From assembly GCA_951804945.1 (NCBI GenBank), contig OX638151.1, positions 47,802,001 through 47,866,000 of the forward strand: a DNA stretch of 64,000 nt, given 5' to 3'. Made by a program: the position numbers and the translations under genes. Source of the stretch: Podarcis cretensis. Lineage: Eukaryota. Below are positions 50,401-62,845 of this stretch, one piece after another. Position 1 is the first letter of the stretch; every line of letters begins with the position of its first letter. The notes beneath the pieces were generated by a model. The model did no database searches. It saw only the letters and a list, made by a program, of their open reading frames with translations, and was not told the origin of the DNA.

Positions 50401-52129
50401 GGATTATTTAATTTGCTGAGATTTTCACGCTTCCATAATTTTTTCAAGCTTTTAATTTTTTAATTTTTTTTCCTGCATTGAAGGTTAGTTACTCACTTTA
50501 AAAGCAAAAGAGTGAGAACTGAAGGGCACCAATGGCTGTGTTTTGCCTTTTCCTGATTTATATATTTAAGGTTTCATAATAACTTAATATGAAAAATGCA
50601 CATAATATTAAAAAAATAGAATTTTCTGTTTAACAGGAACTTATTCATTAGTGTGCTGCCTAATATTTAATAGATTTGTGTTTTTTTAAAAGAATTGAAA
50701 GCACTGATGGTGTAAAATTGATGTTGGAAAGCAGGGGACAGATGAGAGAGAAATGCTGAAATCTATGCAAGTGTTCCTAGATCCCTTTTAGATGAGAAAC
50801 TGAAAATCAGTTACTAACCCCGCACACCCAATAGTGCTTTTTTGTTTGCTTTTTAAATTACAGAATGGCTTTATGCTCCCACCCCTTGTGCTGCAAAAAA
50901 AAAAAAAAAAAAAAATCAATACATTTTGAGATGATCATTCCCCAGGGTCCTTTCCAATTCTTTGAAAAGGTGTGGCTGAATATGCTGCATTGGGTGGGGG
51001 TAAGACTGTTGTATGACAAACAACAATTGAAATGGGGGAAAACATGTTTGTTGAGCTCAAAATCCCTACAGTTGTTTCATTGATATTCCTGTTGAAGACA
51101 CATGGGCAAATTAAGGTTTAGCTTGTTCTTTCTGGGAGATTGATCCCTTTTTATGTGGGAAAAGCATCTGAATTACAATGAAATTTGTATCCTTGGAACA
51201 CTGGGAGAGGAAACCATATTATATTCCTTTAGATGAGAAAGGGCTTTTTCTATATGAAATACTAAAAATTAAAGTTTAGATTATAAATTTTTTGCAAAGG
51301 CTCTTTCTCTAGCTGTAACTTGTTCAAAAAACATTTTACTATGGTTTTGAAATTTTCTCCAAGAAGTGCTTACTTATTAAGCGTAATGAAGTAAGCACAT
51401 TGCCAAATCCAGTTTATTATTGGAGACAAATTAATGTGTGTAACATAGGAGAGAAAACATGCATAACTTAAACTATCTGTTCTGGTCACAGCACTTGCCA
51501 CTGGGTATGAGAAAAACTGCTTTTTATACTCAACAAAGGCTTGGTTCTTCAGCAGCAGAAACTGCTATGGCAAAAACAGCTAGGGAGAGCTTCAACTGCG
51601 CATGTGGTTCTCTCTCATCCAACTTCTCCCTCTTTGGATTTTTGTCAAGGCTTGTGAAAAATAGCCATCAATTTTGGATACTTGCCTCTTCAAAAGTCAT
51701 GATTAAATTCAGCGGGAAATGTGCCATACTTCCTGCCCATGACTTCTAGGGAGAGGACCTGAAAAAAATATCTGTTATTTAAAATTCATAAATATTGGGT
51801 TGAGTTTTTAATTTTGAAAACTTAGACCACTACTTTCTGTGTCATGACCAGGATCCAAAGAGCTATTTTATACGTGCCCAAGGGTGTGGGTGTGCCCATT
51901 GAGATTTTAAATAGATACACACCTGCCTCCTTCTTCACAAGCTACTTTCAAAATTCATCCCAATGTCAAAAGAGATTTAACCATGAGGCTTGGGTTGCTA
52001 CTGCTTTCAGTGTGCGGAATTAATTGCACAGTTTTTTGAATTGAAGCCTTAGCAACGAAAGCATACCTGTGCTGTTAAAGCAGTCCTTTGCCAATTAGTG
52101 TTATGTTCCAAAACAAACAAAAAAAGACC

Positions 52130-52280
52130 TCAGTGTATACTCAGTTGGTAGAGCATGGGATTCTTAATCTCAGGGTTGTGGATTCAAGCCCCACATTGGG
52201 CAAAAGATTTCTGCATTGCAAGGGGTTGGATTAGATGACCTTTGTGGTCCCTTCCAACTCTAGAACTCTAGGATTCTATG
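52130..52280 (+). mobile_element. tRNA-Lys(CTT)-derived SINE with CR1 3' tail
   Basis: 52140-52202 closely matches vertebrate tRNA-Lys-CTT (CTCAGTTGGTAGAGCATGGGATTCTTAATCTCAGGGTTGTGG...) and is fused to a GGTCCCTTCCAACTCTA...ATTCTATG CR1 tail. Confidence 0.88.
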
Positions 52281-52741
52281 TTCTGAAAACTAGTTATGTA
52301 TGAAGCACAAAGTGAAAAATTCAAATACATTCTGTTGGGAGAGACAGAGAAATATGAGCCCAAGATGCGGGGGGAAGAGGTCTCAGCTAGGGATAGACAG
52401 CTTCAGTAGCATCTTGGCTTATGACTGCATCTTTAATCTTCATAGATGGTGGTAAACATTTTTTTCATTAAAACAAGTCATCTTTTTAAAATCTTCTGTA
52501 AGATTTAAAGCTTCTTTCTGTCACTATTCTGACTGCTAAATTCTTGTCTATATTCTTGTCAGTTGACAATATAAATTAAAAATTCTCATCTTTTAAGGGA
52601 TTTCATATATATTTACATATATATATGGAGCCTGCTGTTCTTCACCCTCTATGCATCCGCAGTATTAATCAATATACGCCATTTGGCACAGAACATTTTT
52701 TCCAATCTTTTTATTAACTGACATTTTTTAAACCTTTCAAG

Positions 52742-52984
52742 CAATGGCACCATTAAGGAGGAAGAAGAAGATGAAGAAGAAGAAGCAGAAGAGGAGGAGG
52801 AAGAAGAGGAAGATGACAACAATGAGGAAGAAGAAGAATTTGAGTGTTATCCACCAGGCATGAAAGTCCAAGTGCGGTATGGACGAGGGAAAAATCAAAA
52901 AATGTATGAAGCTAGTATTAAAGATTCTGATATTGAAGGTGGAGAAGTCCTTTACTTGGTGCACTACTGCGGATGGAATGTGAG
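52742..52984 (+). CDS. ARID4B: ARID4B exon 17 (poly-Glu tract and first part of chromo-barrel/Tudor-knot domain)
   Basis: ttcaag|C...GTGAG|gtaatt; 243 nt; [13 protein letters not shown]...[48 protein letters not shown]. The 5' boundary (AAG acceptor) is less certain than the 3'. Confidence 0.92.
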
Positions 52985-53254
52985 GTAATTGAGATTTAGT
53001 TAGTGATTACTTCCTTAAAAATACTTCTAAAATACACTTGTGTATTTTAAAACACACTGAATATTGAATTTTTTTCAATATTGCTGCTCTTTGGAGATCA
53101 TTGTACTGTATAAAATTATTTATATTATAGGATATAGACACAGCAACTGAATAGCATATAGATCAAGAAAAATAATCTTGTTTGGACTCCTTTCTCAGCA
53201 TTATTTTAAGTAGTACATAACAGAGAAATAGCTTATGGCTCTGCTCATCATGTA

Positions 53255-54200
53255 GTATTGGGCAACACACAGCTAGATCTTTACACATTTCTCAAAATCT
53301 AGCATGAAAAAGCAAAGCATACATTTTACCATGAAGTAGAGGTGAGGTTTCATTTGGAGTAACTGGATTTCTATCTGGATGATTGCATGCATGCAAGAAT
53401 CTTATCGTTCATTTTCAGCACTTAAACCAGATGACCAGCTTCTTTGAGCACCTAGGATTCTTATGTGCATCTTTGTGGACAGTAAATAGCTGACTTTCAC
53501 TTGGCCAGACCTGGTTTCTTGTTACCATTCGCTTCTAAAGAAGATTCATCTTGCCATAGTTCCATTTGTCACTGATTTTATGTCTGAGCATCTTCCTCTT
53601 ATTATGGCTTGCTGCTGTAATTTAGTGCTTTAGGGAAATGGTGGGTTTAATTTTTGCCGAAAATGTTCTTGACGTCTTTTATGCCATTAATTGAATTTTC
53701 TACTCCGTGCAGTTCTCAAATTGCTGCATCCTCAGGCTCTTTCAAAAGTTTGTTTTATGGATATGTGTTTTGCAAGGGCTTTTGTAACAGGCCCCATATT
53801 TCTCATTTAATACTCATGTAGACCTTCTTATCATCTTTGCTTGCCATTTGGATCTGCATTGCTTTTATAGTTATCTTTGTCTCGGAAGGTTGGAGAGAGG
53901 CCATATTAGACTTCTCTGATGTTGGCAAAGTCAGCCATCATGAGTCATAGTTGGAAACTCTTGTCATGCTACCTTCTCTATTTTCATAATGGAGCTGTGT
54001 TCAATGAAGTCATTGCTTATCAGACAAATAAGAGACTGCTAGTAAAGATTTTGAATTGTAGGATTTTGTTTTTCTTTTTCTTGCAGTAATTAGTTTCATT
54101 AACTGTTGACTTGCTCACATGTGTCTTCAAACCAAGTTGAGCATGTATTGCAAAATAATAAGAGTTTTGCCTTCTATGTTCAGGTGTAAATAGTGAATAC
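53255..54200 (+). mobile_element. Probable decayed DIRS remnant (post-RNase H region and tyrosine recombinase)
   Basis: Ordered traces: W..xxDLY (53259-53284), PRIL (53451), WP.(R)PWF (53502-53517), SRKVGE (53880), resembling WGxPxxDLFA / PRVL / WPRRPWF / ARRVGEL. Confidence 0.5.
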
Positions 54201-54869
54201 ACAACATATGACTTGCAAACTGATGTAATGAACTTGTATAAAGCCTTTGATTTTTTTGTATTTCATTTCCTTTGAAAAGGATGCATATTTTAGACTACTC
54301 AAGCAACACTCTTAATTTCTCCCTAGAATTAGAAAGAAGTTGAAAGTTGAGCTCAGGCTTTACTTGCTTCATTGTGAAAGAGAACTTTTATTTATAGGCT
54401 TTAAACTATTTTTATTTATAAGAGATCCAAGAGCAGCTACAGTTAAGTTTTTGAAATGATATTGGTGTTATTATGTAGAAATGATAGATTTGTGAGCGGT
54501 TGAGTATAAAGTCTTAATTGTGGCTTGGGTGATTTGGGTTGAATGTATTCCAGTTTGAAACTCTAGCTTTTGAGGGAAAGATTGAGATAATACTTATAAG
54601 GGCTAGAGAATCCTCTTAATTCATGTGATTGTTTAGTTACTGAAGGGTTTCTATTATGTATATTTAACTTTGAGTGTGACCCTTAGAAACGTAAAACTCA
54701 ATAGATCATCAACATAAAGCCACTAGTTTAAATTTCCCCTAGAGGTTGTGCCCTGAGGCTCTTGCTAATTCCCTACAAGAAATGCAAACCCTAAATCTGT
54801 AGATTGGACTTTTCAGCCTCAGTAGAAAATAGAGTAGAACTTTTTGTCCTGAAATCTAGGCATACAAAA

Positions 54870-54925
<56 letters not shown>
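54870..54925. repeat. Compound (GT)n(AG)n microsatellite
   Basis: Direct reading. Confidence 0.98.
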
Positions 54926-54929
<4 letters not shown>

Positions 54930-55904
54930 AGTGATCTTTGGTGGTTATATTTAGGGTGTGTGCGCCTAATAAGTTGTTTTCTCATTGCTTTTGTGGCCTC
55001 TTGTTCTTCAAAGCAATTTAATAATAAAAACATACCTTTGTGGTTCTCTGTATCTTTCCTCCACGCTCCACCTCAAAAAAAGCAATAGCAAATTGAGATG
55101 CCTTTCACATCTGTCTTTCAACTAATAATATATCATGTATGCCTCACATCATAATTGTAGACCCTTCACTGTTGGTTTGTAATTCTATAACCCTTGGACA
55201 GACTACATATGTTAACTGTACATCAATATTTACACAGATGATTTAGGCTAGGGATCCCATGTGAATTTAAGCAAATCAAGGAATTGTCGGTTTTGCATAA
55301 TCAGAATTAAATTGCTACAGGACCTGAGACAGAATGGGTGGAGGGTCTACATACATTTGTGCATTAAGAGACTCAGAATGCTTAGGTGAGTAGATAGTTA
55401 TTTTTAGGAGGTGCCAGCAATAGGTGAAGGTTTGTTATTTGGTGATTGGAGTTAGTGGAAGGAAAGAGACAGCTAGGAGTTTCAGTTCTGTCAATCAAAT
55501 GTAGACCCCACAGTCTTCTTTTGTGGAAGAAAATAGCATTGATTCATAGCCTGACTCATACAATTTCTGTTTAGACACTTCTTTGAGGTAGAGAAATGTG
55601 GCCTTCAGCTTGAAACAGCTGTTAACTATGTGTTCAACAGTGCTAGTGCTAACAAGGTGGCGACTCATTGATACTCTTTCTGCTGAATTTTAAATGTTAA
55701 GCCACTTTCATTCTGTCTCCTGAGTTGGATGAATATGGCTGCCAGAATTCTGTGTGATGTGCTGTCAGTAAGTTAAAATAATGTATTTATGGTTCTTCTT
55801 GCTTTGAATATTTTATTTTTCATTTTGTAAGAGTTAGTCAAAGCATAAGCTACATTTAATTGCCATGAAAAGTTTCTGAGTTATTTCAGAGTGATTACTG
55901 GAGA

Positions 55905-56106
55905 TAACCAAGTACATGCTGCCTCCAGTAATGGTGTTGGTATGCCTCTGAACACCCATTCCTAGGAAGTACAACTGCAGAGAATGCTGTTGCTCTCATG
56001 TCCTGTCTGCAGGCTTCCCATGTGCTTTGACCTACTACTGTGAGAACAGAATACTGGACTAGGTGGGACTTTGGTCTGATCCAGCAGGGCTCTTCTTATG
56101 TGCTTA
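55905..56106 (+). mobile_element. Old LINE (CR1-type) 3' end; related fragments near 27425-28400 (-), 30530-30660, 33260-33450, 44170-44300 (-)
   Basis: CTGGACTAGGTGGGACTTTGGTCTGATCCAGCAGGGCTCTTCTTATG terminus recurs in the window. Confidence 0.6.
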
Positions 56107-56145
56107 AAAAGTTATTATCTGTATTTCTACTTGTTGTTCCTGTAG

Positions 56146-56283
56146 TCTTGGGGAAACTAATCTGGACCCTCCAGGTACTATTGGACTCCGATTCCCATCA
56201 TCTCTGACCATCTGCCATGTTGGCTTGGATTGATGGGAGTTGGTGTCCAACAAGATCTGGAAGCACCATATTGGCTACCCCTG
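56146..56283. mobile_element. Palindromic hAT-type MITE (family of 1380-1504)
   Basis: TCCCATCA / TGATGGGA and TCCAG / CTGGA inverted pairs; ends ACCCCTG. Confidence 0.6.
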
Positions 56284-56344
56284 CTGAAGACCATGCTTTG
56301 AATATCTCCCAAAATGTAACATTATGTATTTTATTTCCTTGTAG

Positions 56345-56429
56345 GTATGATGAATGGATCAAAGCAGACAAGATAGTGAGACCAGCTGACAAAAATGTGC
56401 CAAAAATAAAGCATCGGAAGAAAATAAAG
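56345..56429 (+). CDS. ARID4B: ARID4B exon 18
   Basis: ttgtag|G...AAG|gttgtt; 85 nt; YDEWIKADKIVRPADKNVPKIKHRKKIK. Confidence 0.96.
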
Positions 56430-56728
56430 GTTGTTGACTTTGGACTACTGCTGAATATATTCATATGAATAAGTGGAGGAGAAAAGACCACATACTCATT
56501 TATGATAGCAGCTGTTCTAGTTGGAGGGAATTTCAGTGCCACAAGAATGTTGTTTCATATTTACTTGTCCTTATGTACCTGAGTTAACATAAAACCGTTG
56601 ACTGTGAAGGACAAAGCCAGTCATCCTATATCAGACCCATATTGTGTGTTTGGCAACTTATTCATCAAAACACAACAGTAGGCAGTGTGGTGTTTTTTTA
56701 TTGGCCCAGAGTTGCTTAGTTAGATAAC

Positions 56729-56764
56729 TGTTTGTTTGTTTGTTTGTTTGTTTGTTTGTTTGTT
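56729..56764. repeat. (TTTG)n microsatellite
   Basis: Direct reading. Confidence 0.97.
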
Positions 56765-57667
56765 ATATAGATTTACATACTGCCCTTTATCCAGTATGGA
56801 ACATTCACAATTTCCAATATCATAGAGCTTTTTTCCTAGCAAATATGAGAAATCCAAGATAGAAAAAGTGCAATTTAATAATGCAAACCCCCAGATTCCA
56901 TTTAGCACTACACTGAGTCTTCATGATATGTATGACACTACACCAGTGTTATACATATAATGAAGCTCTTCACCTACTTATAGTTTTCACTCTGTTTTGA
57001 GATATCCCTTGACGGGACCTAGAATCAATCACCTGGTTAGACAGACCATCACCCAGAGAGTGAGCAGGACTCAGCATGAGTCCTAATAATGCTCTGTCTT
57101 GGCAGGCTTTTATCCAATGATGTCATTCAATAGACAAAGGGTTCAATCAGTGGAACAAGGAGGAAACCCATTTTTGGTTATTTCCCTTTTACGTTGCAGG
57201 GCCCCTTCCTCTAAATCTGCTCTGAACGATCCCCAAACCTCTGGAACATATTTAGAGGGTCAGGGGGGGGGTTGCCAAAGAACGCTTCCCTCTCCATTCC
57301 ACTGATGGAAGCTTTAGTCAGCTGAGTGACACCACTGGATGCAACCCTCACATTCTTAGCATTCTGGAGGTTCAACACCAGGTTCATTTCTGAGGAGGGA
57401 CGTGAAAAGCTTCTGCGCAGCAGCAGAACTGTTTCCAAAATGTATATGTGTCTATGCACATATTTGGGATTTGTATTTTTCTTGTTTGTTGGCAGAAATT
57501 CATTATCTAACAAAGATAAAATTCCACTTATGGAACTCTTGTAGAAAGCTTAATATCTGCTCCATTAGGCTTCCTTCTCCACAGCATGTGTGATATCTTT
57601 CCAGAGTTTTATGCTCAAAACTCTTAGTATGGCTTAATTAACTGAATGTTTTTTTCTTATACACTAG

Positions 57668-57860
57668 AATAAAGCAGACAAAGAGAAAGATGAAAAATAT
57701 TCTCCTAAAACGTTTAAATTGCGACGCTCATCAAAACCACCTTTTCATGCCAGTATATCACCTGAGATGGCATCCAAATCAGACTGCACTGAAGCCAAAA
57801 CTTCGGAAACTGCTCCAAATAAATCTTCAGAGATTATTTCTATCCTTAATGGAATGCAAG
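57668..57860 (+). CDS. ARID4B: ARID4B exon 19
   Basis: cactag|AAT...CAAG|gtaata; 193 nt; NKADKEKDEKYSPKTFKLRRSSKPPF...SILNGMQ. Confidence 0.95.
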
Positions 57861-58974
57861 GTAATAGACACGTTCCAGTTTATTGTGCAAACATTTTTCT
57901 AGTACTAGGGAAGAGAATCCTTTATGTATTTTGATATCAATAGTACTGGTGACTAGCTTAAGCGTGACCATTCATTTGCTTAGTACAAAGTATGGATAAG
58001 AATCTAGGCTCATTAAGAAACAGGAAAACTATAGCAGGCCGGAATAAATAATCATGTATTCTCCTAGCAGAATGTCTTTGTGTGAGTGAGTTGCCCCCTC
58101 TTCTTTTTTGTTCTTTAGTTTCCTACCATCTACATTCATCTGTTCCTAGTTTGTTCTAACATTTTCCTTTTTTATGGACATCAACACATTTTTGCTTTTC
58201 TGTCTGTTACTAGATATTGCAACTCACATTTTAACTTTTTTATTTCATTTCACCCACTTCCTAGTAGTTCCATTCCTCCTTAAACAAACTTGTGGCTTCT
58301 AGTCTTGGGTCAGAATCCAATGAACTACTTTAGCTGAGCCCAAAGGCTTGTGTTTGCTGAATGGAATTATTGGCTGATTTTTCTGAACAGCCGCTCTCCA
58401 TGAAAATCTTCGAAGTTTTAAAAGCCATCTTGATCAACAAGCTGCTGATCAAGAAGATAAATATAAAGTCCCCTTGGGCTCATGCAATTGATTGCTCATT
58501 TGTTTGAATGTTGGACCTGGTCCCATACAATATGGTATCAATCTGTCATTTCTCACAATGGAACCATACTCTTTATGTTGCTCCTTTAGGGAGTCTTCGT
58601 TCTCCTTTCCTTTCCAATTCTACAGTCTTAGAACATGTGGGATTGATTCACTTTTATCCTCCAAAGAATATTGCATTTCCTTTTTAAAGTCATTTCTCTG
58701 ATAAAGCCTTTTGAAACCATCCTCATTTCCTTTTCGTCTTGCGCACTTTCCTTTGAGTCTGTTTCATCATTTGTATTGCAAGTTACAAGCTATCTTAGAT
58801 TGTTTGAGAAAATAATATTTATTTTTGTGGTGTTTGCATAAAGGTTTTTATTAATTGTATCTAAAGGTCTAGTTTGCATTAATAAACATAAAAAGTATGG
58901 TTTTTGATGCAAAAACTTGTGGAGAAGCAGGAATAATACTACTTTTTGCAAACAACAACAACAACAACCCACTG

Positions 58975-59141
58975 AAGTGTTCTCATTCATTGGTAAAACA
59001 CAAGTTTTGTGTGCAGGAATACCTGGGTTCAATCTTCAGCATCTTCAGTTAGGGCTGAGGAAGAGACCCCTGCGTAAATCAGTTTAGACAATACTTGGTC
59101 AGATGGACCAATATTCCAACTCTATTACAGCTTCCAGTGTC
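58975..59141 (+). mobile_element. Old tRNA-derived SINE (Squam3-like)
   Basis: Decayed A/B boxes (TGGTAAAAC...CCTGGGTTCAATC) then TCAGTTTAGACAATACT...AGATGGACCAAT body. Confidence 0.55.
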
Positions 59142-59404
59142 CACTTAAATGATTTTTTTTAAATAAAAAGAGGCTGATGTTACACAACTGGATTGAGGAC
59201 TGGTAAGGCATTTTAGCCCAGGACTGCACAGAGCATGGAACAGCTGGGTACACTTGTCCAGGACCTCAGAGGGCTAAGCCAGCTGGGTGGGGGGTGGGTG
59301 GGGGGTGCCAGGGGCTGGCTGTACTTGTCATGTTTGAGTTTATAACTTTATTCTAACAAGACTCCTGCCCTGGGTCCTCAGACAAGATCTGCATGGGCCT
59401 ATTT

Positions 59405-59513
59405 CAGCGAGCGCCGAAACCCGGAAATAACCCGTTCCGGTGCTTCCGGGTTTCAGCACGTCTGTAACCTGAAAACGCGTAACCAGAAGTGTCTGTAACC
59501 CGAGGTACCACTG
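59405..59513. mobile_element. Single-ended Tigger-like MITE fragment
   Basis: Ends GTAACCCGAGGTACCACTG|TA, same TIR as 4486-4711; no partner TIR. Confidence 0.8.
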
Positions 59514-60152
59514 TACTGCCCTTCATCCATAGATCTCGGGGCAGTTCACAACATGAAAATACAAGATATAAAAAAACAGAATACACAATAAAGACAAGAG
59601 CAAAAACAAACCCATAACCCCCCCTCTCAAAAGAATGCCACATGAGAGGAAACCCCATGCATTTCATGCACATTGCCAAACACGTGATTAGCACTCTTAC
59701 ATATATGTGATTGCATATTAGGAGTAAAACCTAGACATCCCATTCTCTTCATCAGGTTATCAGTGCTATAAGAGATGAGCATGTAATTTGTATGCTTAAC
59801 TGGGAAGATTTTTGCATGCATCCATATGTGCATCGTGCCCCTATGAGTGAAGATGTATTTATCAGGGCCTCAATCACTTAATAGAGTTCCAAAACACTAT
59901 ACAAGCTCGTTGGTGTAATTACCCAGCAGCATTGTGAGAATTGCAAAACAAGAACTGCCACCAGTATAGCTCTAGCATTTTTAAAAAATCATGTTTGATT
60001 TGCTTTTTAAGATTATTGAATGCCTAATTTTAATAGATATAAAGATTCTGAAGCCTAAAACAAATGTTTTTGTATCAATATAATTGTAATATATCCAGAA
60101 ATATAGTTAGGATGATGGTTTTTGCAGTTGATTTTCTTGGTTCCTCCCCCAG

Positions 60153-61346
60153 CTTCTGAAAGCTCTGATGACAGCGAGCAAGATGATGACCAAAGTCCTC
60201 CAAGTGTTTATAATAATGGTAAGGAAGAACCGCAAGATGAGGCTTTGAGCCAAGGTAACAATGAACTCTGTCCAAAAGAGCAGAACAGCTTGCCCTTTCC
60301 AGAAGAGGTCAAATCCCTTTCAGATGCCACAGCATCCAAACCAGCATCCAAATCTCCGGAAAGACTACGAAAAGAATTGGCAGAACTATCTGATGATACT
60401 GATTATGAGGGAGAGAATGAAGCCACCAAGAAGAAGAAAGATGTCAAGAAAGAGGCAGTGGATAAAACAAAGCCCCCAGTGAAACGTGGAAAACGAAGAT
60501 ACTGTGTCCCAGAGGAATGTGGAAAAACTGGGTCACCTAATATCAAGGATGAAAAATCAAATGGCAAAGACATGTTAAGTTTGGAAAACAGTAGCAACAG
60601 TTCCTCAGATGAAGATGAGGGGAAAACTAAATTAAAAATAACACCAACCAAGAAGTACAATGGTTTGGATGAGAAGAGGAAATCCTTACGGACAAATGCT
60701 TTTTATTCAGGTTTCTCTGAAGTGGCAGAGAAGAGAGTAAAGCTTCTAACTAACTCTGACGAAAGGCTTCAAAATACCAGAGCTAAAGATCGAAAAGATG
60801 TCTGGTCGAGTATTCAGGGGCAGTGGCCTAAAAAAACCCTCAAGGAGCTTTTTTCAGACTCTGACACAGAGGCAGCAGCTTCTCCGCCACATGTGTCTTC
60901 CGAGGATGCTACACCGGAGCAGCACCTGCAAACTCTCGTAGAAGAGACTTCTTTTCCCAGTTCTAAATCTGAAAGACCTTTGCCACTTAGCACAGAAATG
61001 AAACCTGTCGAGGAGAAGCCAGCTGAAACGAATGACAAAAAAGTTGAATTCCCAAGCAGTGGCAGTAATTCCGTACTAAACACCCCTCCCACAACACCTG
61101 AATCGCCCCCGTCTGTAACAGTAGCAGAATCCAGCAGACATCAGTCCAGCGCGTCTGTGTCTGAACCACTGGCACCAAATCAAGAAGAGGTACGAAGCAT
61201 CAAGAGTGAAACGGATAGCACAATTGAGGTGGACAGTGTTGTAGGGGAACTGCAGGACCTGCAGTCTGAAGGAAATATATCTCCTACAGGCTTTGATGCC
61301 AGTGTCAGCTCCAGCAGCAGCAATCAACCAGAACACGCTGAGAAAG
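60153..61346 (+). CDS. ARID4B: ARID4B exon 20 (large exon)
   Basis: ccccag|CT...AAAG|gtataa; 1194 nt; core of ORF 60122..61705; includes KDVWSSIQGQWPKKTLKELFSDSDTEAAASPP and EEVRSIKSETDSTIEVDS. Confidence 0.97.
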
Positions 61347-62737
61347 GTATAAACATTGTGCCATTTAGCTTTTATCACTTTTCCAAATTCGTTATTAATG
61401 TGTTGAGTTCCAAATTTTCTGTCTGTCTTCAAGATGTCTTAAATCTCTGTGAAAACTGTACTGTTCAGAAAATGGAATATAATTATCAGTGGGTTGGACC
61501 CAAGGCTTCCCTTCTGGGAACAGATTCAGCCCCATATATTTTAGAGTTGAAAGAATGCGTCTTATTATTTAAAATGAGAGATGTTAGGAATCTGATATTA
61601 ATACTGAATTATGTGAATGTGCCACTATTCTTTGCACAAGTTTATCTCACAAATGAGAATGAAAATATTTTGTTATCTCAAAAGTTATCCGGAAAATGTA
61701 ATTGAATGGCTACAGTCTAATAGATTATATGGTCTAGTAGATTATAGTTGACCATGGGATCTAACAAAATTGTTTTGAATTTCAGTACAGTATTAACTGC
61801 AGTACAATATTTATATATTTTGCTAAAGAATGGTGCAGCTGACTGAAGAGGACATCAGACTGCACATTTGATCTTCTTTATCCGCTTGTCACTGCCAACC
61901 AATCCTGGTTTGCTCTACAGCATTCTTCCATTTCTGCTCTGTTCATGTTATCTGTTGTTCAGCATAGTAGTTTTACATGTCCTGTGAAATGTAGATTACT
62001 GTCTTTAGAAACTATGATAAAATTGTCTCAGACTTAGTTAAATTAATAGACAGCTGAAAACAACAAAATCTTTCAAAAACATACAAGCATGATTAAGTGT
62101 TCCTATTCTATTAAATTTCATCCCTAGTATGGTAGGCTTTTTATTACAGGAGTATTGCATATTTTTTCACATTTTCTAAAGGGATTTCTAAACTAAGAGT
62201 GGCCACTACTTTATCATTCTATTAAAATGATAAAAATAGTTGCTTGAAAGTTTATTTTAATAACATATGTCTTGTTTTTTCTTCTCTCAGTTTTAAGGAA
62301 TCATCTAACAAAATCCTTGCTTTGAATAAATCAGAGTATCTAGCATTCATATTTTCTATGGCTGGACCCAAAAAAGGGATATGGCTATGCAGGAAAGGAC
62401 CACACACACAGCTGCAACTTCACATCCTGCTTTTGCCACATTAGTTTCCACTGCCTTAGAGGCAAGATGCTTTCTAAACTGAACAGTGGTTTGCCTCTTC
62501 AGTAGCAACTGCTGAGACAAAAGCAGCAAGCAAAGCTCAGGTTGTGCATGCGGTTTTTCCCCACATGGGTATGTCTCTTCTTTGGTCTAGGCCTACTTAC
62601 TTTAGAGAATTTGCATTGAAGCAGGAAGCAGATATTTTAAGTTAATTCCACTTCATCGTTTAAAAAGTAAACATTGGTGTCTCTGGTATGTAAAATACAT
62701 TGTGTAATATCTTGTTCTTGCTATTATTTTACTAAAG

Positions 62738-62845
62738 CTTGTCCAGGCCAAAAAAGGCTCAAAGATGTCCAGGGAGGTGGTTCCTCAAAAAAGCAAAAAA
62801 GAAGTCACAAAGCATCTGTGGTGAACAACAAAAAGAAAAGCAAAC
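62738..62845 (+). CDS. ARID4B: ARID4B exon 21
   Basis: ctaaag|CT...AAAC|gtaagt; 108 nt; CPGQKRLKDVQGGGSSKKQKRSHKASVVNNKKKSK. Confidence 0.94.

Noticed and set aside
52140-52202. Functional tRNA-Lys gene
   Set aside because: The acceptor stem is disrupted, the T-arm is mutated, and it is fused to a CR1 tail, so it is a SINE head.
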